In this document: piece by piece, positions 14,281 to 27,521 of the stretch
Layout: the number at the start of each line of letters is the position of its first letter
Numbering within the stretch: position 1 is the first letter of the stretch
NCBI GenBank assembly: GCA_050084515.1
Contig: CM114271.1
Coordinates: 17,484,001-17,548,000, forward strand
Reading direction: 5' to 3'
Length of the DNA stretch: 64,000 nt
Origin: Blasia pusilla
Lineage: Eukaryota
Translations under genes and position numbers: made by a program
The notes under the pieces: model-generated
Told to the model about the DNA's origin: nothing
Database searches by the model: none
Seen by the model: only the letters and a program-made list of their open reading frames with translations

Positions 14281-17200
14281 GACTCGCTTGCTACAATGAG
14301 TACCACACAAAATGGAGGTGAGTACTAAAATTTTCAGAAGTAAGAAATAGAAGCTACCGGAATGTACATGATGCAAATTCATGCAAACATTTGCAGTAAT
14401 TAAAATTTCCATTGAATTTGATAATACTTTCTCCATGTTATAGATATAGTATTACTTGGAAAGCCTGAAATGAAGAAAAACATTTGGTGAGTTTCTTTCT
14501 ATTAGGATTGGATTAATACAATAATACACATTAGGGACAATTTTTTGATGTAGGGAGTATGTAGTATAGCTGATCTCTCAGAGTAAATTTCTCCAGAGAG
14601 TCGGTTGCCTTGGCATACATTCACCAGATGGTATAGCGAGTAGAGAGACGAGACGAATATCTGGAATATCTAAGGGATTAGATTAGGGACATTTTTTTTT
14701 AATGCAAGTGAAGAGAATAGCTCACCAAGCTTCTTTATTACAAACACAGAAGAGCCCTGAAGAGTGACTCTTTCTCGGCATCTTATGAAAATCCCCGTTA
14801 TGGGGAGGGGGGGTTCTTTTGTCTGTTTGTTGTCTCTTCCACGTTCTCTAGGGAAGAGGTAAAAGGAGGATGTGAGTTTTTGGAGCGTCCGGATTTGGGG
14901 ATGATATGCTCTAGTTAAACACTCAAGCCCTAATTATGTTGCGATTCCACATGTTGCGTTATGCAGGGGAATGTGTAGGAGGGCCCGCTTCATTCGGGAG
15001 TTGTGACACAAATATTTCCATGGGTTTCCTCACCTTCAATACTCATTTATATTTCCAAGATTAGCTTCTCTTGCCTATCGATGGTAGTGCATATCTCTAC
15101 GTGTCTGAGCCTTGGCTGAATCAAAATTAGGATAGTCTAGCTTAGATCTTGATCTTAGACTTTTGTGACCGTGGGAAATTTACAATTTACATTGGCACGA
15201 GTTACAATGCTCTCTTCCCCATCTAATGTTGAAAACCAATGTAGAAGATACTTTCGAGACATACCAGATAGCGGGCGGGTTGGGCTGCTCACATCTGCTT
15301 ATGCTCTTCCACATCACGTAGCTATCCACTTGAAAGGACAGGAGACAAAATTGCCAAATTGAAGAAGAAAAAACAGGGTACAAAATCTTTCATATTTCAC
15401 TCATGTAGCTCCAATTCGTGGTCCTATCTCTATGTACGAGTCATTTGATTCCATAATCAAGTAAAATTATGACAGAGTTTCAAATTCGTGCTCAAAGATT
15501 CTTGCATAAAGTCAGGCGGCCACGGACTGAGGTGTTTGTGAAAGATCGAGTGGTGCCTGAAGCAGAGAAAGATAAGGGACAGAAGGAGAGGGGAAGGAAC
15601 AAAATCCCCGAATCAGTAAAGGGTTCACATTTGGTCCCTCAAAGTAGCTCACGCTATGAACTAAATACCTTCCCATTATGCAACATGTTGCTTTGAGGCA
15701 AGCCGGAAACAAATTTAGTGAAGTCAATATGGGTAAAGATCTTCTCAAGAAGTATTGCAAGCGTGTAAAAGACCTATGATGACATCACCGTCTCCCACAA
15801 CCTGGAGCCGTAGAACTTATAATTTGGAGAGAAACGCCCACCCGTGAAAACCATCATATGAAGGCTTCCGCTCCCCCTAACATGGCAACGTGAAACATTG
15901 AAAACCTTTTTCTGGTGACTAATAGTATATGTGTAGGATTCTTACTATACATGCGGCCAGTAATAGACTTAGGCTACTGGTTATTTGCTTCTAAGTTGTC
16001 AATGGGAATCATGACCTGACCGCTAGTTGTGACTCTGAGCCGCTTTATGCTTTCAAGACGTAATTATTTCAAGCACACCCACTCTTATAACTCATAGCGT
16101 GTTGGATGATTTGCAACCAAACTCTAAGCCGGGGTTTTAGAACATAACAGATTGTGAGGCATGGTACAACAGAAGAGTGGAATTCTACGATCCTCCTCTT
16201 CCATTGCAATGGAACGGGGATTCAAAGAGTGTCTTGTCTGTTCACCATCTCAATCTTAGGATTGAGAAGATTTATTCATATGTTTTCGACCTATCGTGAA
16301 ATGGAAAGTGAGAAGAGAGTGTACGAAGATGTATGTGGATAGAGGAATGGTCACACTCGAATTCAAAGAGCAAAACAAAATGTAAGGTACCGAAAATGCG
16401 AAAAAGGCGATCCATGTGATATTTTGTGTGAATTTATCATCGTATTGGTCAATTTCCGTACCTCGATGTGATTTAAGTGAATTATGTGGGAGAAATCACA
16501 AGGGTGGAAAATTAGTGGAAATCTCTACCTTGGGCTGATTCGAAGGCAAAATCGCCTCTACACCACCAATCTCTACCTATAGATAGATATTCCCATGATT
16601 GCTCTCCACTCCTGCAAGCTCAATCTTGCGCCCCACCCTAACCCATACTCAGGCGGACATAAATGCAAGTAATGCAACCACAATTCTCATGGCCCTATTC
16701 GAATTCCAATTCTGAAAAGATAGTGGACGTCTCATCAAGCAAAGAACGGCAACATACAAGAGCCCATGCAACGGAACACACAAGAAACCTGAGTACCCCT
16801 GGTCAATAGAACGAAATCGCCCTACGGAAAGAAACCCAAGAACTGGTTTGGGCTGATTGTTTTCAAATTAAAACCGGCGCCGGAAGGTATCAAATTTTTC
16901 CAAGACGACACAAGAATTCTTGCGCCTAAAATTTATGGTCGCAAGAATTTCAAGGACCCCGCCAAAAACCAATTAAGGACGCCGACGAACAGTTGGCGAC
17001 TCCGATTGTTTCAAAACAATAGAGACCGTCGGATTTCTCTGATCAATCGTATCTACCAGCTAGCATCGCAAAAAAACCTTGGCCTATGGAATCGGGCCCT
17101 CAAGCAGTCTGTTGACTCAATTTCCAATTTTATCTATAAACACATAACCCATTCATTTATTGACAATCATGAAAACACTCAAAGTAGATGAGCCACAAGC

Positions 17201-19494
17201 TTTAGCCTCTTGTGGTGATTAGAAAGATCAAGGTATAGGATGTTGATGGAAGGTAATTCTTTGCCTCCATAAGCAGTCTTGAAAGTGAAAGAGAAATATG
17301 ATTTTATTGATTGTTCAATGTTATGAGCATAGGAACAAATTTAATTGTTTTATCTTCATTTTCATTTCATCTATCCATCAAGATTTGATATTGGAATAAA
17401 ATTTAATGGGACAAAAAATCTAATCCAATCTAATCCATTATAACAATAGGTAGATAAGTCAACCATCGACAAGAATAAATTTTGTGCCACCAGAATAAAT
17501 CAATTTCAAGTGTAGTCCATTGCATGGAAGCGCAAAGTGCATGAAGATGGAGTCTGATTGTATATTGAAAGAAGGGAAGATAAGAGTGCATTGAGTTATA
17601 GTCTTAGAATAAATTATCACTTTAGATTTTATCAACTCTTTAGGATAGCATCATTAATACTATTATCAACTCCTAGAGGCTATGCTAATCAACAAAATTG
17701 TTTTATATTTTTCTTAGATTTTGACTCAAAAGAGAGAGTCAAGCTATAGTTAGACTAAAAAAAAAAGAACCTAGAGTTAAGTTACTTCGAAGTGGTAGAA
17801 CTTATGATGTGATCTACCCATATACTTCCATGAACTATGGGTTGAGTTACATATAATGGTGAAATGATGAAAAAAAGTGAAGCCTTGCATGAGTACCATT
17901 TCAACAAATCACTAAAAAAAGAGAGTTGCAACCATGGCTTGCACCATGAAATATCATTGAGACGAAGACACATCTCAAAGAGCATGCCATAAGATTTCTT
18001 TACCTATAGAGAAAAAACAATGTTAGACGTAGTAACCCTTCACATTAGATGAATTAAGTAAAAAATAATTAATCCAACCATAATTACTCACAAAAGACAT
18101 TTATGTTGTTGTCTTTGAGTCATCTTCAATAAACGCATAGTGTGAAAGTTATTTTATACAAAATGGTTCATGGTTGTTAGAGACTTCTTGAGGAAAGAAT
18201 CTTGGTTCCACATGTAAACATCCTTATTCACAATTTACGGATGAGTTTTGCGAGAAAGGGCATGGTTGAATTTTCTAAGGATCAATGTCACATCTTAGAA
18301 AGCAGATAGATAGGTAGAGTTTTATCGTATTGACGACATAGAGAGTAAGTGGGCTTTTCAAGCATGTGGTATGTAGGATACTACCCATTATGGGCCAACT
18401 CAGTCAGAGACCGTACTTGATAAGTTGTCTATATGGTTTGTTGAAGGTATGGTTAAGGAGGTAGGCTCCGTGATTCTCCATAGGGAGGGCATTACGTAGT
18501 AGGAGAGTTTTTTTGCAATATGCCATTTTTGGTTATGTATCTTGATGTGATGAGATTTTCAAATCCACCCCAAGTTGTCGATCAAGTTCCAACTTGTTAG
18601 CACTATGCTGATCTATGAAAAGATGGGTGATCCACACTAACAGTCTACTATGGGGTGCAAAAGGTGGTGACACACGCGCCAATGCTGATTGGTAGTCCGC
18701 GTCCACAAACAAGAGGTTCAAGGTGTTGTTTCGAGGAGATTCTCCATGGTTGCACGGAAACGGACATGTCAATCCATAAGACGGACATGCCCAACAAGTC
18801 CTCCGCCTCATTTTTTCAGTACCCTAGTGGACAACACGGGCTTGGGAGATAGGAACGGGTGCAGGCTCATATTAAGGGAGGCGGGCAAGAATTGACTCAC
18901 ACGTAGCCCGTACCGGCTTGCCTTAAGCTAGCATTGGCCTACGACAACCCTTGGGCCCGTATAGGGTAAGCTCAAGGACTGCATAGGGCTCGCAACCACG
19001 CGCGCATAAGGATCGTGCAAGGTAGGCTAGGCTTGTGCAGGGTGGGCTCTAGGCCCACATTGAGTCCGCCTTGCAGACACGCTGCAAACCAATGCATGCT
19101 TAGGGCGGGCTGATGCGAGTCAATGCATGCTATAAAATGGGTGATGGATTTTTAGAGTAGGTGCGGGCTAGTCAAGCTTAGAATTGTCGTGCCATGGAGT
19201 TTGCCATAACATATGGATTAGTTATTTTTTATTGTGCAATAGAGTGATCACATGTGTGTGTTCATTCAAGTCCCACTCTCGTACTTGTCTCTTGTCATTG
19301 AGGGTGTTGGGTATCAAGTAGAGTTATGCTAGATGGGGATAGAGATGGTGTTGAGTTCAAACTCATTTTTCTTGTTGCTTGTTTCTGGATATAAGGTGGT
19401 TGCACAAGTAGGGACCATGTGTATGACCCAAGTTGTTATTAGCTTATGTGAGTCACTATAAGAGGCTAAGGGTTGAAGACTAAGTCACAATCAA

Positions 19495-19676
19495 ACTCAT
19501 TGGACACCGAAACTGCTATATTTGGTACTCATGCAAAGTAGGAAAACTTAATTTTGGTTAATTAGTTAAGCGCGATTATCTCAACTATGATTAGTTAATC
19601 ACGGTTAGTCTAACTCAAGACTATGGTTAGGATTAGGGGTAGGTTTGCTTGTACATATCCTATATAATTGAGAAGG
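19495..19676 (+). repeat. Fragment of the Copia LTR family found at 54340-59679 (opposite orientation)
   Basis: TTAGTCTAACTCAAGACTATGGTTAGG...TGTACATATCCTATATAATTGAGAAGG is the reverse complement of sequence in 54445-54620. Confidence 0.8.
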
Positions 19677-21517
19677 AGACCATCCTCCATTCATTGAAGA
19701 ATTTTGATCTCCATGGTGACGTGTGAGTGTAAGAGTCGTATCCCTCCATTTATGCTTCTTTAGCAGTTTTCTACAAGGGGAAATTAAAATGGAGTGTAGA
19801 TCAACAAGTTGAGTATGAGAGTCTATGGGAGGCATTCACGTGCATAAAATGGCGAATCATTGCCACTAATGCATGGAAGGATAGAGGCATAAGCATTCTT
19901 ATATTGGTATGAGGATCTGGATTAAGAGATGTTGAGGAAAGTTTGGGATGCGATGTCGCTTCATAACCACAAAGTCCACATTGAAGATGGTCTTCCAATT
20001 TTCAAAGGAGATTGAGCTCAACATGAGTAAGGATCATATTATGACCACATGTCTTAAGTTCTTGCGTGTACTTCTCCTCGATTCATCTTGAAGAAAACCC
20101 AATCTTGAGCTTTGCAAGTGCAAGACTTATATTGAGTCCCAAAGACTCAACCGCTTGTGTATTTTGTAGGTAGTTGAGAAGCCGCAAAGCGCTAATTGGG
20201 TCAATTCTACCAAGTGCATGCCATCTCCCTCTAAAGCCTCTCCCCAAGCCTCAACCAATCCCCACAAGTTGCTTGCGTATACCGGAGTGCCTTGGTTAAT
20301 TCCTCAAGGTGCGTCCCCTAGCTCAAACTTGAAACACGGCCAAAACATGCATCATAATTAGTTTTTGGTTCAAGGACTTGAGCGGGTAGAGAGGACGAGA
20401 AGAATTTCCCCCCCCATAAGTACTTGTGGGATTCTCTATGGGAACTCCACTTTCCCCATTGTCCCTCTCGGGCCTTTGATTTTCGCCCTCAACTCAAACA
20501 TGGTAAGCGACCTGCGGATCCGAGTTTGACTAGTTAATTATCCATCAAGATGCCTTGGCGGAGGCTTCATGCTGCTTATCCAACTCTCGGCTCCACAAAT
20601 GCATCGTGGATCTTGGACCCGCATTTCATATGTCTCATGGTTAGTGCCCATCTTGACTCCCCATTTGGTGTCTCATGGTTGTCTTTCCGCCCTTTCTGTT
20701 TCATGACAAATCTTATTTCATCTTGCCCATCTTGAATTGATTACTCATATGCTCCTTGCTTCTTGCCCTTGATCGACTTGGCGCTTGGCTCCAAGGTCTC
20801 AAATTGCATTCCTTGCCTCTATCCTAGCTTGCGAGTATCCATATCCCTTTCTCATCTAAGGCTAGTTACAAGACACCTACACATCTCCCCTAGCCTTAGT
20901 CTTGTGGTTGGTTTGGCCACCTTTCTAGTCTTGCGACTAGCTAACCTAGGTTTCAACTTTGGTAGATCGTACCAAGGTCTTTCCTCCTTAGGCCTGCAAT
21001 CATAACTCACTCCTTGTTTCCCTGCTAACGTGGGAGCCATAGACTTAGCTATTTAGGATGCCATGGGATTCCCACTAGAGTGGATGGGGAGGTGGAGTCA
21101 AAATAGACCTACACAGGCACCACCATAGATGTAGTGTGATCATTATGATCGATATGGTTATACGAGGGATAGGTGTTTCAAGCTTTTCCTAGAGGCACGT
21201 CCAAAGGTAGGCAAAGGTCATGGGGGCGGTTGAGTGGGTGGAGATCAAGGAGTGTATGGTCATGGTGATCATGGTAGAGTTCCACCAACAGTCAAAGGAG
21301 ATGGAGGACATGCATTTGTGGCTCATGTAGAGGATGCTACTATGGTGACTCATGACATTGTGAGAATGGCTCAGCCCTAGGGAGGTGGAGTCAAGATAGA
21401 TCTACATGAGAGGATTGATGGGCGTCAGGTCAGGGTTCCCTATAGCAATAATTCACATTTTGTGAGGCACTACACATCCCATCGATGGTGCTTTGATGAG
21501 TTTTTGGTACCCATAGG

Positions 21518-21604
21518 TAGAACATGTACGTTGAATCCTATTACAACTTAGATGGAGCCATAGAACATGTACGTTGACTCCTATTACAACTTAGATGGAG
21601 CCAT
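21518..21604. repeat. 43-bp tandem duplication
   Basis: TAGAACATGTACGTTGAATCCTATTACAACTTAGATGGAGCCA repeated twice with minor differences. Confidence 0.9.
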
Positions 21605-22204
21605 TTCATTAGGGATAGCCATCCTGGTATAACAGGATCCCATTGTTCTTTGCCACATATGGACTTGGCAACGGTAGAAGTTGGACCAAAAATGGTGTTT
21701 CGATTGGTTGCTATGATATGTGAGTGGATACCTAGAGATTACTACTTTTCTTGTGCAAGGTTGCACACGGATAAAGTGCATATCGATGGACATTCCCATA
21801 TCTACAGACTTATCTTCATCCCTAGGACGGAAATGTTCATATGGGCTAAGGTACCTTAGCATGCCCAACCCCACAACGTAGACCTAGGCTTGGCTAACCC
21901 ACAGCTAGTCTAGGACCCCATTCACCATTTCTTGCCATCCGTTTTGTAGCTGCATGGTGGGCCTGCAATGGGCCAATCCGGGCTTAGTGTGGTCCGGTGC
22001 AGGCTTAGTGCGCGCCGTGCATGGGCTTCATGCAGGCTAGGCGAGGGCTCATAGCCCGCACACCCATCCAATCTCTAACTGCCTCAAGCTCCCTTAATCT
22101 TAGACCGCACTCATTCCTACGTCCAAAGCCCACACGGGCCACTAGGGTACACAAAAAAATTGGGCATAGGACCTGTTAGGCATTTTCGTTTCCATGAAAC
22201 CTTG

Positions 22205-23480
22205 CTCATATGGAAGTAGTGTTTGAGGATGTGGTGGAAAACTACTCGGAGTAGGTGCTTGGGACATCCCTCACTCATTCTTCGTAGATTACGGCTACTA
22301 GGTTTGTTGATATGCTAACTAGACACACCAATGAGCAAGACATGATGACACTAGGTATGATGTTATTGGACAACCAAAGCGAGGTGTTCTCCTTGGTTAG
22401 CCCTACAAGTATGTTGTACCAACAATAGTGTGTGCTACTTGATTCGGAAGCATAACCCTTGATGTTAGGGAAGGCAACATTTAGCATTGGAGTTACAAAA
22501 ATATGATATTGAGCCATGTCCCTTCAAGATACATACCTCCATTGGGGGTATGTCACTCACATAGTTCATGACTCGAAAGGAGCTACTTGTCATACTCCAT
22601 CTAGAGCATTCTTTAGATAGTGCGATTGCACGTAGTCATACAATTATGACACCAAACTAATCGTACAATGTTATACCACCTTGATTACATCCTTAATTTT
22701 TGGGAGGAGACGGTTTCTTATCACCCAAGATGGCGATTAGGTGACAATTGGGTAAACATCTACCCATGCTATTTGCAAGGCGTGATGGTGGTGGTAGTCT
22801 AAGAGGTCAAACAGTAACCACGTTGGAAACATTCATATGTAGTTTTAGTATTAAGATGTCATATGCATAGATGCTTTGTTTACAAACAAAGCATCTATGC
22901 ATATGACATCTTGATACGAGATATTCCCATAAAGAGATATGCCATATTGGATATCTCTTCCCATGGTATGAAGACCTCTTCACTATTTTGGGGTATGAGC
23001 GTTGACTTGTTGAGGAGTGTAGATGAGCTCATGAGCCAAGCGTGGAGTTGTGCATCCATTTTGGAGTTAATAGAGTTAAATGATTGTCGAACTCTTCAAG
23101 GGGATACTTAAAACTCTTGGATACCATACATGTTGTGTGCCAATTTTTATATGAGGGTGTGAGAGTGCTTAATCTCTTCAAAGGGATAAGCATAAGGTTA
23201 GTTGAAGTACTGTAGGTTGACATACAAATGCAATTATACCTTTATGTTGAGAGAGATGAAATTGCATGCCGATTCTTATTTTTCTATGTGGATAGTACAA
23301 GTGATCCAAGCTTGGAAATTGCATATTCGAGCTTAAGATGTATGTTAAAGAGATTTGCAAGGGATGCAACCACCATATTGGTGTGTGATGGTTGATTTAG
23401 AGGGTGGCACATGTCGTCTCTGATCCCCTCTATTGATGCAATTCCTATAGGATAGTGGTTATATCCCAGATGTCTTTAAG
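22205..23480 (+). mobile_element. Second decayed copy of the DNMT-Gypsy family (protease and DNMT motif I remnants)
   Basis: VLLDSEA*PLMLGKA at ~22432-22477; EGVRVLNLFKG at ~23153-23186 at the same relative position as in the 27-36 kb element. Confidence 0.7.
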
Positions 23481-26400
23481 GTAGTAGAACATTTAATGTC
23501 GATATGATGTGTGCTACTTGGAGTTAGGGAACCCAATTTCCAATTAGGGGGTTAATTGTGTGGTCTTGGTGTACATGCATGCCGGTACTTTATTATGTGT
23601 GTGGATCTATCCGTATGTTGGGAAGATCGGTGATGTTTGGGGTTTAGATGTGATTAACGATGTGGATTATGTAGCCACGTGTATGTTGTCACGTCTTATT
23701 TATGCAACCTCAAGAAGTTTTCCTTTATCTCTTGAGGTTATCCTCTAATCTCCTTCAAAGGACCAAAGGTGCTCTACCAAAACTTATCAATCTATCCTAT
23801 AAGACGTGACATTGTTTAGGGCTATTGTGATGGAAAGATCTATTTTGGCTCTTCCTAAGTGTATAAAAGGTGGGGAGATGGCTCTCACTGACTATGTTTA
23901 TCATGTTGAGCCTTCACAACACTCATCCTTTTAGGTTTTGGTTGGATCTTGAGTGTTAAAGTATGGATTCCCTTATCACATAGGATTGACATGGCTTGAT
24001 GACTATACGTAGATTTGAGACTGCGTTTGGCCATGTGAGCCATTTTTACTTCAAATTTACATGAGAAAGATAGATAGGGCATGGGGATTTATTTTTTTGG
24101 TAGGTGGGTAGTTGAGTTGCCTGGTTGGAGAGCCCCTTCAAGATATATTGATAGGATTTTGTGTTTGTTTATGCTCAAAAGGCCATACGTAGAAGCGCTC
24201 CCATTTTTCACAAAATTTTGCTAGTGGCGGATGGATATAAGGAAGAAGCAAAGTTTTGTGGAGCATTACTTGAGTATAGCACATAGGGAGAAAATGTTAG
24301 AAATTTGGGAGAAAATGTTAGAAATTTGGGAGTAGTGAAGGATAGACATAAAATTTAGGGCAAGGCTAACCCTTGCTACCAACACAAGGGCTATCAAGTA
24401 AGGCCAATCAAAGATGCAAAAGCACAATCGAAAAAAGAAAGGGTATGAGGATGCAAGGCTATAATAGTGTAGATGAAGGCATAACCTTGCGGAGTTAGTC
24501 GAGAGTGGCTTTAGATAGATGTCTTCAAGTAGGAATGGACGAAAGGGCATGCTTATGGTAGCTGGAGGTTAAGTGCGTCTCCATAGCGGCGTCAACAAAC
24601 ACATGCATACAGTCTCATTAGCAAGCTTGATAGAGTTATTGGAGCACATGGAAGGAAGTGGAGCCATATATGTCGTTAGGCTCCATGAAGTATGTAGTAG
24701 ATAGTGGGCTACATGCATCATTGGAGCATCCGATTTGGTACGTGACCTACCATAGTAGAGGGATCAACCACGTACATGGCCTGCAAGATGGTAGTAGGTT
24801 GATTCGAGGGTAGATCTTGAGTATTGATTGTTGTATGACTCAACTTGATTGTGACCCAATCTTGTGATGTGAGTGGTCATGATTTGTTATGAGATTTTCC
24901 TATGACGTAGGTTGTAAATTGTCTCCCAACTTACTAGTACAGTGGTGAGTTGTGTGTAGATGAGTGATAAGCACCAACAATCCATATTGGAGTGCTAAAG
25001 ATGGTGATGCACATGCTACTATTAACAATGAGTCCAAAATTATAAATGTGAGATTGGACTTGTTGTTTGAGGAGGTTTTTACATCGTCCAATGTAGTTAT
25101 TGGACCGTGTAGAGGAGTGATGGTGCACACGTTCAAGTTATCGATTTGAGTCCTATTCCCATGTTTGTCTCTTCTCATTGAGGGTATTGGGTGGAGCATA
25201 TGATAGATAGGTGTAGTCATGGTGTTGAATGAAGACTCTTTTTCTGTGTAGCATGTGGGTATAGAGCGGTTGCCCAAGTAGGGGTCTTGTGTATGACTCA
25301 ATATTATTATTAGCTTAGGTGAGCTTGTACGGGAGGCTCAGGGTGAGCTCACAGGTTTATCGTCATCAGATTTCTTTAGCATAGGTGAGCTTGTGAGTAG
25401 TGAGGGAGATTGAGGGTGAGTATATGGGCTTGAGCCTGTGAGGAAGGGTTGTAATAAACATTCTTCCAAGGTTTGAAAAAGGGTAGTTTGAGTAGTAGGG
25501 GAGGAGTTATGAGGCATGAAGTGAGGTGTTGAGGGATTTTGAGTGAGGAACCACCTGATCCTTAGTTGGATTTTAACCATTGGATAGCGAGTCTAGTGAC
25601 ATGATCATAGATGGAAATAGTGGCAAGTGGAGAGATATGGATAACGTGAGCCATAAGGGAATTTCTTGAATGTGGTAGGTACCAAAAAAATTGATGATTT
25701 CAACCAAGAATTTGACATGTAATATGATTTCTAAGAAATACAAGCCTTGACGCAATTTAACCCTTTCATGGGATGAAGGGTTTGTTACAACATTTGTAGG
25801 AACTTCCAATGGATGATTTTTGTGAATTATGCTCTTTATATGATGTAGAGATTGATGGTTGGAGGGTGTATTGGGCTCCATATAATTTCTCTATCGGTGG
25901 TTATGAGACTTATGATGGGATACTGAGAGCGACTATACCTACACCAAGATTGAGGACCAGATGGAGATGATGTCATATATGGTAGGGGATGCCTAAGACC
26001 TCTAATACTAGTAGGCCACCTAGTTTCAACCCAATAATGGAGTTCTTTTGAGAGTTGGGGAGGAACTACGAAGGCATGTTGATCAATAAGTTGAAGTTTC
26101 CACAAGAATTTTAAGAGAGATCATGTGAGAGTCCATTGGAGGCATTCATGTACATATGAAGGCTAATCATTGCTACTCATTGAATGATAGATGCACATGA
26201 AGTTCAATCTTGGTATGGGATTTTGGACCGAGACAACATTGCATCTCAAACAATGGAGTTCTTTTGGGATGTAATTTTGTTGTACAACATCACATAGCCC
26301 ATATTGAAAGTGGTCTTCAAGTCTTCCAAGAGGATTGGGCTCAACATGAATGAGAAGCATGTAATGACCACAAGATTTCCACTAGAGTCAACATATTTTG

Positions 26401-27141
26401 ATAGCCCCATAGGTGCCCCAACATGCATTCGTACTACGAAAGAGATTTGGTGTGTCGAGAGAGCACAATGGGTATCGTGAGCCCATGAGGCAACAACCCA
26501 TACAAACATATTTTGACTAATAAGGGTTGGGTTTGTTTTTGGACATTTGGTGGATCCCACAGTCATAGGGACTAGAGACAACATGGGCGCCTCACATTGC
26601 TCAAGAGCCAATTTTGATGGTACCATTGTAGTTATAGTATGATCATTGTTATAAGTATGGTCATATGAGAGATACGTTTATTTTCATAAGATACACCCAT
26701 ATGGAGGCCAAGGTCCTAAGAGTGGTAGAGTTGGTGGAGACAGAGGAGGTTTCAGCGATGGTGGTAGAGCTCCACCACCTATTAGAGGGGATGGAAGATG
26801 TGCACTCGATGTATTGCTCCTCACTTGGATCAATCAATTGGAGCACATGATTATTGCCATGACAATGATGTAGCCAATGCTCGGATCCGAGCATTGGATG
26901 TATCATTGTCACGTAGCCGAGGCCATCCACTTCACCTTTAGCCTCCACAACATATCAAGATACAGGGGTTTATTTCACTAATATAGGATCTATATGTAGT
27001 GTGACATAGGTTTGTATTTCCACTTTGATGACTCAAGACAATGTGAGAGTAATCAAACCATGGGGAGGTGGAATGGAATTAGACCCACATTAGTGGAATG
27101 ACAATCGCAAGCGATAGGCTAGGATGCACTTCATACACCAT

Positions 27142-27507
27142 TGTCATGACCATACGGATTATGTCGTAGAGTATGGTGTGCTGGTAGAGGCCATTCCTTA
27201 TGTAGGACCGTAGTGGCTTGGTAGAGATGTGGTTCCATACATAGGGTTGGGGGTTACTTACTTGGGGGTGACTTTCCTAGTAGGGCCCGCTCTTAGGTTG
27301 GAGGATATAAGGTGGCTTGCCCTCAAAGAACAGTCAGTTCTTTGAGTTGAGCCTGTTGCGTTGGGAGTTAGCCTTGGTAGTGAGTAGAGCTCTTGGCTAT
27401 GGTGTTTCCCGCAAGCTTCGACCTAGATTCTCCCATCGTGGAGTGGGTTTGGCTCGATTGTATGTGATTGTAAACGTGTTTTATGACAATAGTTCTTTCA
27501 CGGATTT
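27142..27507 (+). repeat. Terminal repeat A1 (copy of A2 at 35687-36053)
   Basis: Near-identical to A2 by eye (about 8 differing sites); contains TATAA at 27306-27310. Confidence 0.95.
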
Positions 27508-27508
27508 C

Positions 27509-27521
27509 ACTCAAAGAACTG
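27509..27521 (+). promoter_or_regulatory. Putative self-priming primer-binding site
   Basis: ACTCAAAGAACTG is the exact reverse complement of CAGTTCTTTGAGT (27335-27347), which starts 29 nt after the TATAA; no TGG-type tRNA PBS follows the repeat. Confidence 0.7.

Larger units (their letters stand above)
11242..17099 (+). mobile_element. PIF/Harbinger DNA transposon (decayed, ~5.9 kb)
   Basis: TIRs GGGCCCGATTCCATGGGCC (11242-11260) and GGCCTATGGAATCGGGCCC (17081-17099), 18/19 match; flanks TTA / TCA (imperfect TWA-type TSD); convergent transposase and Myb/SANT genes inside. Confidence 0.85.
18745..22204. mobile_element. Segment bounded by long, decayed inverted repeats (possible non-autonomous TIR transposon with nested fragments)
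   Basis: ~18745-19200 is an inverted homolog of ~21860-22204 (e.g. TACCCTAGTGG...GGGCTT...TTAAGGGAG); both outer flanks read CTC. Confidence 0.4.

Noticed and set aside
21518-21604. Direct repeats considered as a CRISPR-like array (also 40633-40703)
   Set aside because: Adjacent tandem copies without spacers, in a eukaryotic context with no cas genes.
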